64,000 nucleotides of DNA, from the NCBI GenBank assembly GCA_964057225.1, contig OZ059897.1:1736001-1800000 (forward strand), given 5' to 3'. A model generated the notes under the pieces. It did not search any database and was not told the DNA's origin. It saw only the letters and a program-made list of their open reading frames with translations. The translations under genes were made by a program, and so were the position numbers. Positions within the stretch are counted from its first letter, which is position 1. Each line of letters opens with the position of its first letter. The DNA is from Auanema rhodensis (lineage: Eukaryota > Animalia > Nematoda). Shown here in pieces: positions 13,211-26,286 of this stretch.

Positions 13211-16200
13211 TTTTAAATTCTTTTTTTTAAGGCGAAGACGATGGACAATGTTATTCAACGAAAAAATTAATTCTTCAGGGTGAAAATGGAGGATATAAGT
13301 GTGAACTTATATCAGTTGATATCTCGGTGAATTTTTAAGCTAGCGCAAATCTGACAACACAGATCGACGCAGTTTAAAAATCCGCATCGAATGCACTATA
13401 CTAAATTGAGAAACGTTCAATACAAAAATTATTTATGATTGTTCGAAAAATGATGCATTAGTGTATGTTGAGTTTCCATGTACACTCAACATTGCTTCCA
13501 AAAACAGTTTGACAAAAATTTTCCCGAAAAATTTTAAGATAATTTAACAAAGAGTAGATGTTTTTAGTTTTTTTTTTTTAAGGAGAAGACGATGGACAAT
13601 GTTATTCAACGAAAAAATTAATTCTTCAGGGTGAAAATCGAGGATTTAAGTGTGAACTTATATCAGTTGATATCTCGGTGAATTTTTAAGCTAGCGCAAA
13701 TCTGATAACACAGATCGACGCAGCTTAAAAATCCGCATCGAATGCATTATACTACATTGAGAAACGTTCAATACAAAAATTATTTATGATTGTTCGAAAA
13801 ATGATGCATTAGTGTATGTTGAGTTTCCATGTACACTCAACATTGCTTCCAAAAACAGTTTGACAAAAATTTTCCCGAAAAATTTTAAGATAATTTAACA
13901 AAAAGTAAATGTTTTTAGATTCCTTTTTTCAAGGCGATGACGATGGACATTGTTATTCAACGAAAAATATAATTCTTCAGGGTGAAAATCGAGGATATAA
14001 GTGTGAACCTATATCAGTTGATATCTCGGTGCATTTTTAAGCTAACTTAAATCTGATAACACAGATCGACGCAGCTTAAAAATCCGCATCGAATGCACTA
14101 TACTACATTGAGAAACGTTCAATACAAAAATTATTTATGATTGTTCGAAAAATGATGCATTAGTGTATGTTGAGTTTCCATGTACACTCAACATTGCTTC
14201 CAAAAACATTTTGACAAAAATTTTCCCGAAAAATTTCAAGATAATTTAACAAAGAGTAGATGTTTTTAGTTTTTTTTTCTTAAGGAGAAGACGATGGACA
14301 ATGTTATTCAACGAAAAAATTAATTCTTCAGGGTGAAAATCGAGGATTTAAGTGTGAACTTATATCAGTTGATATCTCGGTGAATTTTTAAGCTAGCGCA
14401 AATCTGATAACACAGATCGACGCAGTTTAAAAATCCGCATCGAATGCATTATACTACATTGAAAAACGCTCAATACAAAAATTATTTATGATTGTTTGAA
14501 AAATGATGCATTAGTGTATGTTGAGTTTCCATGTACACTCAACATTGCTTCCAAAAACATTTTGACAAAAATTTTCCCGAAAAATTTCAAGATAATTTAA
14601 CAAAGAGTAGATGTTTTTAGATTCTTTTTTTTAAGGCGAAGACGATGGACAATGTTATTCAACGAAAAAATTAATTCCTCAGGGTGAAAATCGAGGATTT
14701 AAGTGTGAACTTATATCAGTTGATATCTTGGTGCATTTTTAAGCTAGCGCAAATCTGATAACACAGATCGACGCAAATTAAAAATTTGTTTCGAATGCAC
14801 TATTCCACATTGAGAAACGCTCAATACAAAAATTATTTATGATTGTTTGAAAAATGATGCATTAGTGTATGTTGAGTTTCCATGTACACTCAACATTGCT
14901 TCCAAAAACATTTTGACAAAAATTTTCCCGAAAAATTTCAAGATAATTTAAAAAAAGTAGATGTTTTTAGATTTCTTTTTTTAAGGCGAAGAGGATGGAC
15001 AATGTTATTCAACGAAAAAATTAATTCTTCAGGGTGAAAATCGAGGATATAAGTGTGAACTTATATCAGTTGATATCTCGGTGCATTTTTAAGCTAGCGC
15101 AAATCTGATAACACAGATCGACGCAGCTCAAAAATCCGCATCGAATGCATTATACTACATTGAGAAACGTTCAATACAAAAATTATTTATGATTGTTCGA
15201 AAAATGATGCATTAGTGTATGTTGAGTTTCCATGTACACTCAACATTGCTTCCAAAAACATTTTGACAAAAATTTTCCCGAAAAATTTCAAAATAATTTA
15301 ACAAAGAGTAGATGTTTTTAGACTTCTTTTTTCAAGGCGAAGACGATGGACAATGTTATTCAACGAAAAAATTAATTCTTCAGGGTGAAAATCGAGGATA
15401 TAAGTGTGAACTTATATCAGTTGATATCTCGGTGCATTTTTAAGCTAGCGCAAATCTGACAACACAGATCGACGCAGCTTAAAAATCCGCATCGAATGCA
15501 CTATACTAAATTGAGAAACGTTCAATACAAAAATTATTTATGATTGTTCGAAAAATGATGCATTAGTGTATGTTGAGTTTCCATGTACACTCAACATTGC
15601 TTCCAAAAACAGTTTGACAAAAATTTTCCCGAAAAATTTCAAGATAATTTTACGAAAAGTAGATGTTTTTAGATTTCTTTTTTTAAGGCGAAGACGATGG
15701 ACAATGTTATTCAACGAAAAAAGTAATTCTTCAGGGTGAAAATCGAGGATATAAGTGTGAACTTATATCAGTTGATATCTCGGTGCATTTTTAAGCTAGC
15801 GCAAATCTGATAAAACAGATCGACGCAGCTTAAAAATCCGCATCGAATGCACTATACTACATTGAGAAACGTTCAATACAAAAATTATTTATGATTGTTC
15901 GAAAAATGATGCATTAGTGTATGTTGAGTTTCCATGTACACTCAACATTGCTTCCAAAAACATTTTGACAAAAATTTTCCCGAAAAATTTCAAGAAAATT
16001 TCACGAAAAGTAGATGTTTTTAGATTCCTTTTTTTAAGGCGAAGACGATGGACAGTATTATTCAACGAAAAAATTAATTCTTCAGAGGAAAATCGAGGAT
16101 ATAAGTGTGAACTTATATCAGTTGATATCTCGGTGCATTTTTAAGCTAGCGCAAATCTGATAACACAGATCGACGCAGCTTGAAATTCCGCATCGAATGC

Positions 16201-19200
16201 ATTATACTACATTGAAAAACGCTCAATACAAAAATTATTTATGATTGTTTGAAAAATGATGCATTAGTGTATGTTGAGTTTCCATGTACACTCAACATTG
16301 CTTCCAAAAACATTTTGACAAAAATTTTCCCGAAAAATTTCAAGATAATTTAACAAAGAGTAGATGTTTTTAGTTTTTTTTTTTAAGGAGAAGACGATGG
16401 ACAATGTTATTCAACGAAAAAATTAATTCTTCAGGGTGAAAATCGAGGATTTAAGTGTGAACTTATATCAGTTGATATCTCGGTGAATTTTTAAGCTAGC
16501 GCAAATCTGATAACACAGATCGACGCAGTTTGAAAATCCGCATCGAATGCATTATACTACATTGAAAAACGCTCAATACAAAAATTATTTATGATTGTTT
16601 GAAAAATGATGCATTAGTGTATGTTGAGTTTCCATGTACACTCAACATTGCTTCCAAAAACATTTTGACAAAAATTTTCCCGAAAAATTTCAAGAAAATT
16701 TCACGAAAAGTAGATGTTTTTAGATTCCTTTTTTTAAGGCGAAGACGATGGACAATATTATTCAACGAAAAAATTAATTCTTCAGAGGAAAATCGAGGAT
16801 ATAAGTGTGAACTTATATCAGTTGATATCTCGGTGCATTTTTAAGCTAGCGCAAATCTGATAAAACAGATCGACGCAGCTTAAAAATCCGCATCGAATGC
16901 ACTATACTACATTGAGAAACGTTCAATACAAAAATTATTTATGATTGTTCGAAAAATGATGCATTAGTGTATGTTGAGTTTCCATGTACACTCAACATTG
17001 CTTCCAAAAACATTTTGACAAAAATTTTCCCGAAAAATTTCAAGAAAATTTCACGAAAAGTAGATGTTTTTAGATTCCTTTTTTTAAGGCGAAGACGATG
17101 GACAATGTTATTCAACGAAAAAATTAATTCTTCAGGGTGAAAATCGAGGATTTAAGTGTGAACTTATATCAGTTGATATCTCGGTGCATTTTTAAGCTAG
17201 CGCAAATCTGACAACACAGATCGACGCAGCTTAAAAATCCGCATCGAATGCACTATACTACATTGAGAAACGTTCAATACAAAAATTATTTATGATTGTT
17301 CGAAAAATGATGCATTAGTGTATGTTGAGTTTCCATGTACACTCAACATTGCTTCCAAAAACATTTTGACAAAAATTTTCCCGAAAAATTTCAAGAAAAT
17401 TTCACGAAAAGTAGATGTTTTTAGATTCCTTTTTTTAAGGCGAAGACGATGGACAGTATTATTCAACGAAAAAATTAATTCTTCAGAGGAAAATCGAGGA
17501 TATAAGTGTGAACTTATATCAGTTGATATCTCGGTGCATTTTTAAGCTAGCGCAAATCTGATAACACAGATCGACGCAGCTTGAAATTCCGCATCGAATG
17601 CATTATACTACATTGAAAAACGCTCAATACAAAAATTATTTATGATTGTTTGAAAAATGATGCATTAGTGTATGTTGAGTTTCCATGTACACTCAACATT
17701 GCTTCCAAAAACATTTTGACAAAAATTTTCCCGAAAAATTTCAAGAAAATTTCACGAAAAGTAGATGTTTTTAGATTCCTTTTTTTAAGGCGAAGACGAT
17801 GGACAATATTATTCAACGAAAAAATTAATTCTTCAGAGGAAAATCGAGGATATAAGTGTGAACTTATATCAGTTGATATCTCGGTGAATTTTTAAGCTAG
17901 CGCAAATCTGATAACACAGATCGACGCAGCTTGAAATTCCGCATCGAATGCATTATACTACATTGAAAAACGCTCAATACAAAAATTATTTATGATTGTT
18001 CGAAAAATGATGCATTAGTGTATGTTGAGTTTCCATGTACACTCAACATTGCTTCCAAAAACATTTTGACAAAAATTTTCCCGAAAAATTTCAAGAAAAT
18101 TTCACGAAAAGTAGATGTTTTTAGATTCCTTTTTTTAAGGCGAAGACGATGGACAATATTATTCAACGAAAAAATTAATTCTTCAGAGGAAAATCGAGGA
18201 TATAAGTGTGAACTTATATCAGTTGATATCTCGGTGCATTTTTAAGCTAGCGCAAATCTGATAACACAGATCGACGCAGCTTGAAATTCCGCATCGAATG
18301 CATTATACTACATTGAAAAACGCTCAATACAAAAATTATTTATGATTGTTTGAAAAATGATGCATTAGTGTATGTTGAGTTTCCATGTACACTCAACATT
18401 GCTTCCAAAAACATTTTGACAAAAATTTTCCCGAAAAATTTCAAGATAATTTAACAAAGAGTAGATGTTTTTAGTTTTTTTTTTTTAAGGAGAAGACGAT
18501 GGACAATGTTATTCAACGAAAAAATTAATTCTTCAGGGTGAAAATCGAGGATTTAAGTGTGAACTTATATCAGTTGATATCTCGGTGAATTTTTAAGCTA
18601 GCGCAAATCTGATAACACAGATCGACGCAGTTTAAAAATCCGCATCGAATGCATTATACTACATTGAAAAACGCTCAATACAAAAATTATTTATGATTGT
18701 TTGAAAAATGATGCATTAGTGTATGTTGAGTTTCCATGTACACTCAACATTGCTTCCAAAAACATTTTGACAAAAATTTTCCCGAAAAATTTCAAGATAA
18801 TTTAACAAAGAGTAGATGTTTTTAAATTCTTTTTTTTAAGGCGAAGACGATGGACAATGTTATTCAACGAAAAAATTAATTCTTCAGGGTGAAAATCGAG
18901 GATATAAGTGTGAACTTATATCAGTTGATATCTCGGTGCATTTTTAAGCTAGCGCAAATCTGATAACACAGATCGACGCAGATTAAAAATCCGCATCGAA
19001 TGCACTATACTACATTGAGAAACGTTCAATACAAAAATTATTTATGATTGTTCGAAAAATGATGCATTAGTGTATGTTGAGTTTCCATGTACACTCAACA
19101 TTGCTTCCAAAAACATTTTGACAAAAATTTGCCCGAAAAATTTCAAGATAATTTAACAAAGAGTAGATGTTTTTAGTTTTTTTTTTTAAGGAGAAGACGA

Positions 19201-22200
19201 TGGACAATGTTATTCAACGAAAAAATTAATTCTTCAGGGTGAAAATCGAGGATTTAAGTGTGAACTTATATCAGTTGATATCTCGGTGAATTTTTAAGCT
19301 AGCGCAAATCTGATAACACAAATCGACGCAGTTTAAAAATCCGCATCGAATGCATTATACTACATTGAAAAACGCTCAATACAAAAATTATTTATGATTG
19401 TTTGAAAAATGATGCATTAGTGTATGTTGAGTTTCCATGTACACTCAACATTGCTTCCAAAAACATTTTGACAAACATTTTCCCGAAAAATTTCAAGATA
19501 ATTTAACAAAGAGTAGATGTTTTTAGATTTTTTTTTTTAAGGCGAAGACGATGGACAATGTTATTCAACGAAAAAATTAATTCTTCAGGGTGAAAATCGA
19601 GGATTTAAGTGTGAACTTATATCAGTTGATATCTCGGTGAATTTTTAAGCTAGCGCAAATCTGATAACACAGATCGACGCAGTTTAAAAATCCGCATCGA
19701 ATGCATTATACTACATTGAAAAACGCTCAATACAAGAATTATTTATGATTGTTTGAAAAATGATGCATTAGTGTATGTTGAGTTTCCATGTACACTCAAC
19801 ATTGCTTCCAAAAACATTTTGACAAAAATTTTCCCGAAAAATTTCAAGATAATTTAACAAAGAGTAGATGTTTTTAAATTCTTTTTTTTAAGGCGAAGAC
19901 GATGGACAATGTTATTCAACGAAAAAATTAATTCTTCAGGGTGAAAATGGAGGATATAAGTGTGAACTTATATCAGTTGATATCTCGGTGAATTTTTAAG
20001 CTAGCGCAAATCTGACAACACAGATCGACGCAGTTTAAAAATCCGCATCGAATGCACTATACTAAATTGAGAAACGTTCAATACAAAAATTATTTATGAT
20101 TGTTCGAAAAATGATGCATTAGTGTATGTTGAGTTTCCATGTACACTCAACATTGCTTCCAAAAACAGTTTGACAAAAATTTTCCCGAAAAATTTTAAGA
20201 TAATTTAACAAAGAGTAGATGTTTTTAGTTTTTTTTTTTTAAGGAGAAGACGATGGACAATGTTATTCAACGAAAAAATTAATTCTTCAGGGTGAAAATC
20301 GAGGATTTAAGTGTGAACTTATATCAGTTGATATCTCGGTGAATTTTTAAGCTAGCGCAAATCTGATAACACAGATCGACGCAGCTTAAAAATCCGCATC
20401 GAATGCATTATACTACATTGAGAAACGTTCAATACAAAAATTATTTATGATTGTTCGAAAAATGATGCATTAGTGTATGTTGAGTTTCCATGTACACTCA
20501 ACATTGCTTCCAAAAACAGTTTGACAAAAATTTTCCCGAAAAATTTTAAGATAATTTAACAAAAAGTAAATGTTTTTAGATTCCTTTTTTCAAGGCGATG
20601 ACGATGGACATTGTTATTCAACGAAAAATATAATTCTTCAGGGTGAAAATCGAGGATATAAGTGTGAACCTATATCAGTTGATATCTCGGTGCATTTTTA
20701 AGCTAACTTAAATCTGATAACACAGATCGACGCAGCTTAAAAATCCGCATCGAATGCACTATACTACATTGAGAAACGTTCAATACAAAAATTATTTATG
20801 ATTGTTCGAAAAATGATGCATTAGTGTATGTTGAGTTTCCATGTACACTCAACATTGCTTCCAAAAACATTTTGACAAAAATTTTCCCGAAAAATTTCAA
20901 GATAATTTAACAAAGAGTAGATGTTTTTAGTTTTTTTTTCTTAAGGAGAAGACGATGGACAATGTTATTCAACGAAAAAATTAATTCTTCAGGGTGAAAA
21001 TCGAGGATTTAAGTGTGAACTTATATCAGTTGATATCTCGGTGAATTTTTAAGCTAGCGCAAATCTGATAACACAGATCGACGCAGTTTAAAAATCCGCA
21101 TCGAATGCATTATACTACATTGAAAAACGCTCAATACAAAAATTATTTATGATTGTTTGAAAAATGATGCATTAGTGTATGTTGAGTTTCCATGTACACT
21201 CAACATTGCTTCCAAAAACATTTTGACAAAAATTTTCCCGAAAAATTTCAAGATAATTTAACAAAGAGTAGATGTTTTTAGATTCTTTTTTTTAAGGCGA
21301 AGACGATGGACAATGTTATTCAACGAAAAAATTAATTCCTCAGGGTGAAAATCGAGGATTTAAGTGTGAACTTATATCAGTTGATATCTTGGTGCATTTT
21401 TAAGCTAGCGCAAATCTGATAACACAGATCGACGCAAATTAAAAATTTGTCTTGAATGCACTATTCCACATTGAGAAACGCTCAATACAAAAATTATTTA
21501 TGATTGTTTGAAAAATGATGCATTAGTGTATGTTGAGTTTCCATGTACACTCAACATTGCTTCCAAAAACATTTTGACAAAAATTTTCCCGAAAAATTTC
21601 AAGATAATTTAAAAAAAGTAGATGTTTTTAGATTTCTTTTTTTAAGGCGAAGAGGATGGACAATGTTATTCAACGAAAAAATTAATTCTTCAGGGTGAAA
21701 ATCGAGGATATAAGTGTGAACTTATATCAGTTGATATCTCGGTGCATTTTTAAGCTAGCGCAAATCTGATAACACAGATCGACGCAGCTCAAAAATCCGC
21801 ATCGAATGCATTATACTACATTGAGAAACGTTCAATACAAAAATTATTTATGATTGTTCGAAAAATGATGCATTAGTGTATGTTGAGTTTCCATGTACAC
21901 TCAACATTGCTTCCAAAAACATTTTGACAAAAATTTTCCCGAAAAATTTCAAAATAATTTAACAAAGAGTAGATGTTTTTAGACTTCTTTTTTCAAGGCG
22001 AAGACGATGGACAATGTTATTCAACGAAAAAATTAATTCTTCAGGGTGAAAATCGAGGATATAAGTGTGAACTTATATCAGTTGATATCTCGGTGCATTT
22101 TTAAGCTAGCGCAAATCTGACAACACAGATCGACGCAGCTTAAAAATCCGCATCGAATGCACTATACTAAATTGAGAAACGTTCAATACAAAAATTATTT

Positions 22201-25200
22201 ATGATTGTTCGAAAAATGATGCATTAGTGTATGTTGAGTTTCCATGTACACTCAACATTGCTTCCAAAAACAGTTTGACAAAAATTTTCCCGAAAAATTT
22301 CAAGATAATTTTACGAAAAGTAGATGTTTTTAGATTTCTTTTTTTAAGGCGAAGACGATGGACAATGTTATTCAACGAAAAAAGTAATTCTTCAGGGTGA
22401 AAATCGAGGATATAAGTGTGAACTTATATCAGTTGATATCTCGGTGCATTTTTAAGCTAGCGCAAATCTGATAAAACAGATCGACGCAGCTTAAAAATCC
22501 GCATCGAATGCACTATACTACATTGAGAAACGTTCAATACAAAAATTATTTATGATTGTTCGAAAAATGATGCATTAGTGTATGTTGAGTTTCCATGTAC
22601 ACTCAACATTGCTTCCAAAAACATTTTGACAAAAATTTTCCCGAAAAATTTCAAGAAAATTTCACGAAAAGTAGATGTTTTTAGATTCCTTTTTTTAAGG
22701 CGAAGACGATGGACAGTATTATTCAACGAAAAAATTAATTCTTCAGAGGAAAATCGAGGATATAAGTGTGAACTTATATCAGTTGATATCTCGGTGCATT
22801 TTTAAGCTAGCGCAAATCTGATAACACAGATCGACGCAGCTTGAAATTCCGCATCGAATGCATTATACTACATTGAAAAACGCTCAATACAAAAATTATT
22901 TATGATTGTTTGAAAAATGATGCATTAGTGTATGTTGAGTTTCCATGTACACTCAACATTGCTTCCAAAAACATTTTGACAAAAATTTTCCCGAAAAATT
23001 TCAAGATAATTTAACAAAGAGTAGATGTTTTTAGTTTTTTTTTTTAAGGAGAAGACGATGGACAATGTTATTCAACGAAAAAATTAATTCTTCAGGGTGA
23101 AAATCGAGGATTTAAGTGTGAACTTATATCAGTTGATATCTCGGTGAATTTTTAAGCTAGCGCAAATCTGATAACACAGATCGACGCAGTTTGAAAATCC
23201 GCATCGAATGCATTATACTACATTGAAAAACGCTCAATACAAAAATTATTTATGATTGTTTGAAAAATGATGCATTAGTGTATGTTGAGTTTCCATGTAC
23301 ACTCAACATTGCTTCCAAAAACATTTTGACAAAAATTTTCCCGAAAAATTTCAAGAAAATTTCACGAAAAGTAGATGTTTTTAGATTCCTTTTTTTAAGG
23401 CGAAGACGATGGACAATATTATTCAACGAAAAAATTAATTCTTCAGAGGAAAATCGAGGATATAAGTGTGAACTTATATCAGTTGATATCTCGGTGCATT
23501 TTTAAGCTAGCGCAAATCTGATAAAACAGATCGACGCAGCTTAAAAATCCGCATCGAATGCACTATACTACATTGAGAAACGTTCAATACAAAAATTATT
23601 TATGATTGTTCGAAAAATGATGCATTAGTGTATGTTGAGTTTCCATGTACACTCAACATTGCTTCCAAAAACATTTTGACAAAAATTTTCCCGAAAAATT
23701 TCAAGAAAATTTCACGAAAAGTAGATGTTTTTAGATTCCTTTTTTTAAGGCGAAGACGATGGACAGTATTATTCAACGAAAAAATTAATTCTTCAGAGGA
23801 AAATCGAGGATATAAGTGTGAACTTATATCAGTTGATATCTCGGTGCATTTTTAAGCTAGCGCAAATCTGATAACACAGATCGACGCAGCTTGAAATTCC
23901 GCATCGAATGCATTATACTACATTGAAAAACGCTCAATACAAAAATTATTTATGATTGTTTGAAAAATGATGCATTAGTGTATGTTGAGTTTCCATGTAC
24001 ACTCAACATTGCTTCCAAAAACATTTTGACAAAAATTTTCCCGAAAAATTTCAAGATAATTTAACAAAGAGTAGATGTTTTTAGTTTTTTTTTTTAAGGA
24101 GAAGACGATGGACAATGTTATTCAACGAAAAAATTAATTCTTCAGGGTGAAAATCGAGGATTTAAGTGTGAACTTATATCAGTTGATATCTCGGTGAATT
24201 TTTAAGCTAGCGCAAATCTGATAACACAGATCGACGCAGTTTGAAAATCCGCATCGAATGCATTATACTACATTGAAAAACGCTCAATACAAAAATTATT
24301 TATGATTGTTTGAAAAATGATGCATTAGTGTATGTTGAGTTTCCATGTACACTCAACATTGCTTCCAAAAACATTTTGACAAAAATTTTCCCGAAAAATT
24401 TCAAGAAAATTTCACGAAAAGTAGATGTTTTTAGATTCCTTTTTTTAAGGCGAAGACGATGGACAATATTATTCAACGAAAAAATTAATTCTTCAGAGGA
24501 AAATCGAGGATATAAGTGTGAACTTATATCAGTTGATATCTCGGTGCATTTTTAAGCTAGCGCAAATCTGATAAAACAGATCGACGCAGCTTAAAAATCC
24601 GCATCGAATGCACTATACTACATTGAGAAACGTTCAATACAAAAATTATTTATGATTGTTCGAAAAATGATGCATTAGTGTATGTTGAGTTTCCATGTAC
24701 ACTCAACATTGCTTCCAAAAACATTTTGACAAAAATTTTCCCGAAAAATTTCAAGAAAATTTCACGAAAAGTAGATGTTTTTAGATTCCTTTTTTTAAGG
24801 CGAAGACGATGGACAATGTTATTCAACGAAAAAATTAATTCTTCAGGGTGAAAATCGAGGATTTAAGTGTGAACTTATATCAGTTGATATCTCGGTGCAT
24901 TTTTAAGCTAGCGCAAATCTGACAACACAGATCGACGCAGCTTAAAAATCCGCATCGAATGCACTATACTACATTGAGAAACGTTCAATACAAAAATTAT
25001 TTATGATTGTTCGAAAAATGATGCATTAGTGTATGTTGAGTTTCCATGTACACTCAACATTGCTTCCAAAAACATTTTGACAAAAATTTTCCCGAAAAAT
25101 TTCAAGAAAATTTCACGAAAAGTAGATGTTTTTAGATTCCTTTTTTTAAGGCGAAGACGATGGACAGTATTATTCAACGAAAAAATTAATTCTTCAGAGG

Positions 25201-26286
25201 AAAATCGAGGATATAAGTGTGAACTTATATCAGTTGATATCTCGGTGCATTTTTAAGCTAGCGCAAATCTGATAACACAGATCGACGCAGCTTGAAATTC
25301 CGCATCGAATGCATTATACTACATTGAAAAACGCTCAATACAAAAATTATTTATGATTGTTTGAAAAATGATGCATTAGTGTATGTTGAGTTTCCATGTA
25401 CACTCAACATTGCTTCCAAAAACATTTTGACAAAAATTTTCCCGAAAAATTTCAAGATAATTTAACAAAGAGTAGATGTTTTTAGTTTTTTTTTTTAAGG
25501 AGAAGACGATGGACAATGTTATTCAACGAAAAAATTAATTCTTCAGGGTGAAAATCGAGGATTTAAGTGTGAACTTATATCAGTTGATATCTCGGTGAAT
25601 TTTTAAGCTAGCGCAAATCTGATAACACAGATCGACGCAGTTTGAAAATCCGCATCGAATGCATTATACTACATTGAAAAACGCTCAATACAAAAATTAT
25701 TTATGATTGTTTGAAAAATGATGCATTAGTGTATGTTGAGTTTCCATGTACACTCAACATTGCTTCCAAAAACATTTTGACAAAAATTTTCCCGAAAAAT
25801 TTCAAGAAAATTTCACGAAAAGTAGATGTTTTTAGATTCCTTTTTTTAAGGCGAAGACGATGGACAATATTATTCAACGAAAAAATTAATTCTTCAGAGG
25901 AAAATCGAGGATATAAGTGTGAACTTATATCAGTTGATATCTCGGTGCATTTTTAAGCTAGCGCAAATCTGATAAAACAGATCGACGCAGCTTAAAAATC
26001 CGCATCGAATGCACTATACTACATTGAGAAACGTTCAATACAAAAATTATTTATGATTGTTCGAAAAATGATGCATTAGTGTATGTTGAGTTTCCATGTA
26101 CACTCAACATTGCTTCCAAAAACATTTTGACAAAAATTTTCCCGAAAAATTTCAAGAAAATTTCACGAAAAGTAGATGTTTTTAGATTCCTTTTTTTAAG
26201 GCGAAGACGATGGACAATGTTATTCAACGAAAAAATTAATTCTTCAGGGTGAAAATCGAGGATTTAAGTGTGAACTTATATCAGTT
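12170..26286. repeat. Higher-order duplication with a 19-monomer (6661 bp) period plus nested 3-mer (1050 bp) and 4-mer (1401 bp) duplications
   Basis: Markers at +6661: 12470/19131, 12815/19476, 13075/19736, GCTAACTTAA 14041/20702, AAATTAAAAATTTG 14775/21436, ORF starts 15917/22578 and 16599/23260. Nested periods: 22578/23628 and 23260/24310 (+1050); 23628/25029 and 24310/25711 (+1401). Confidence 0.88.
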
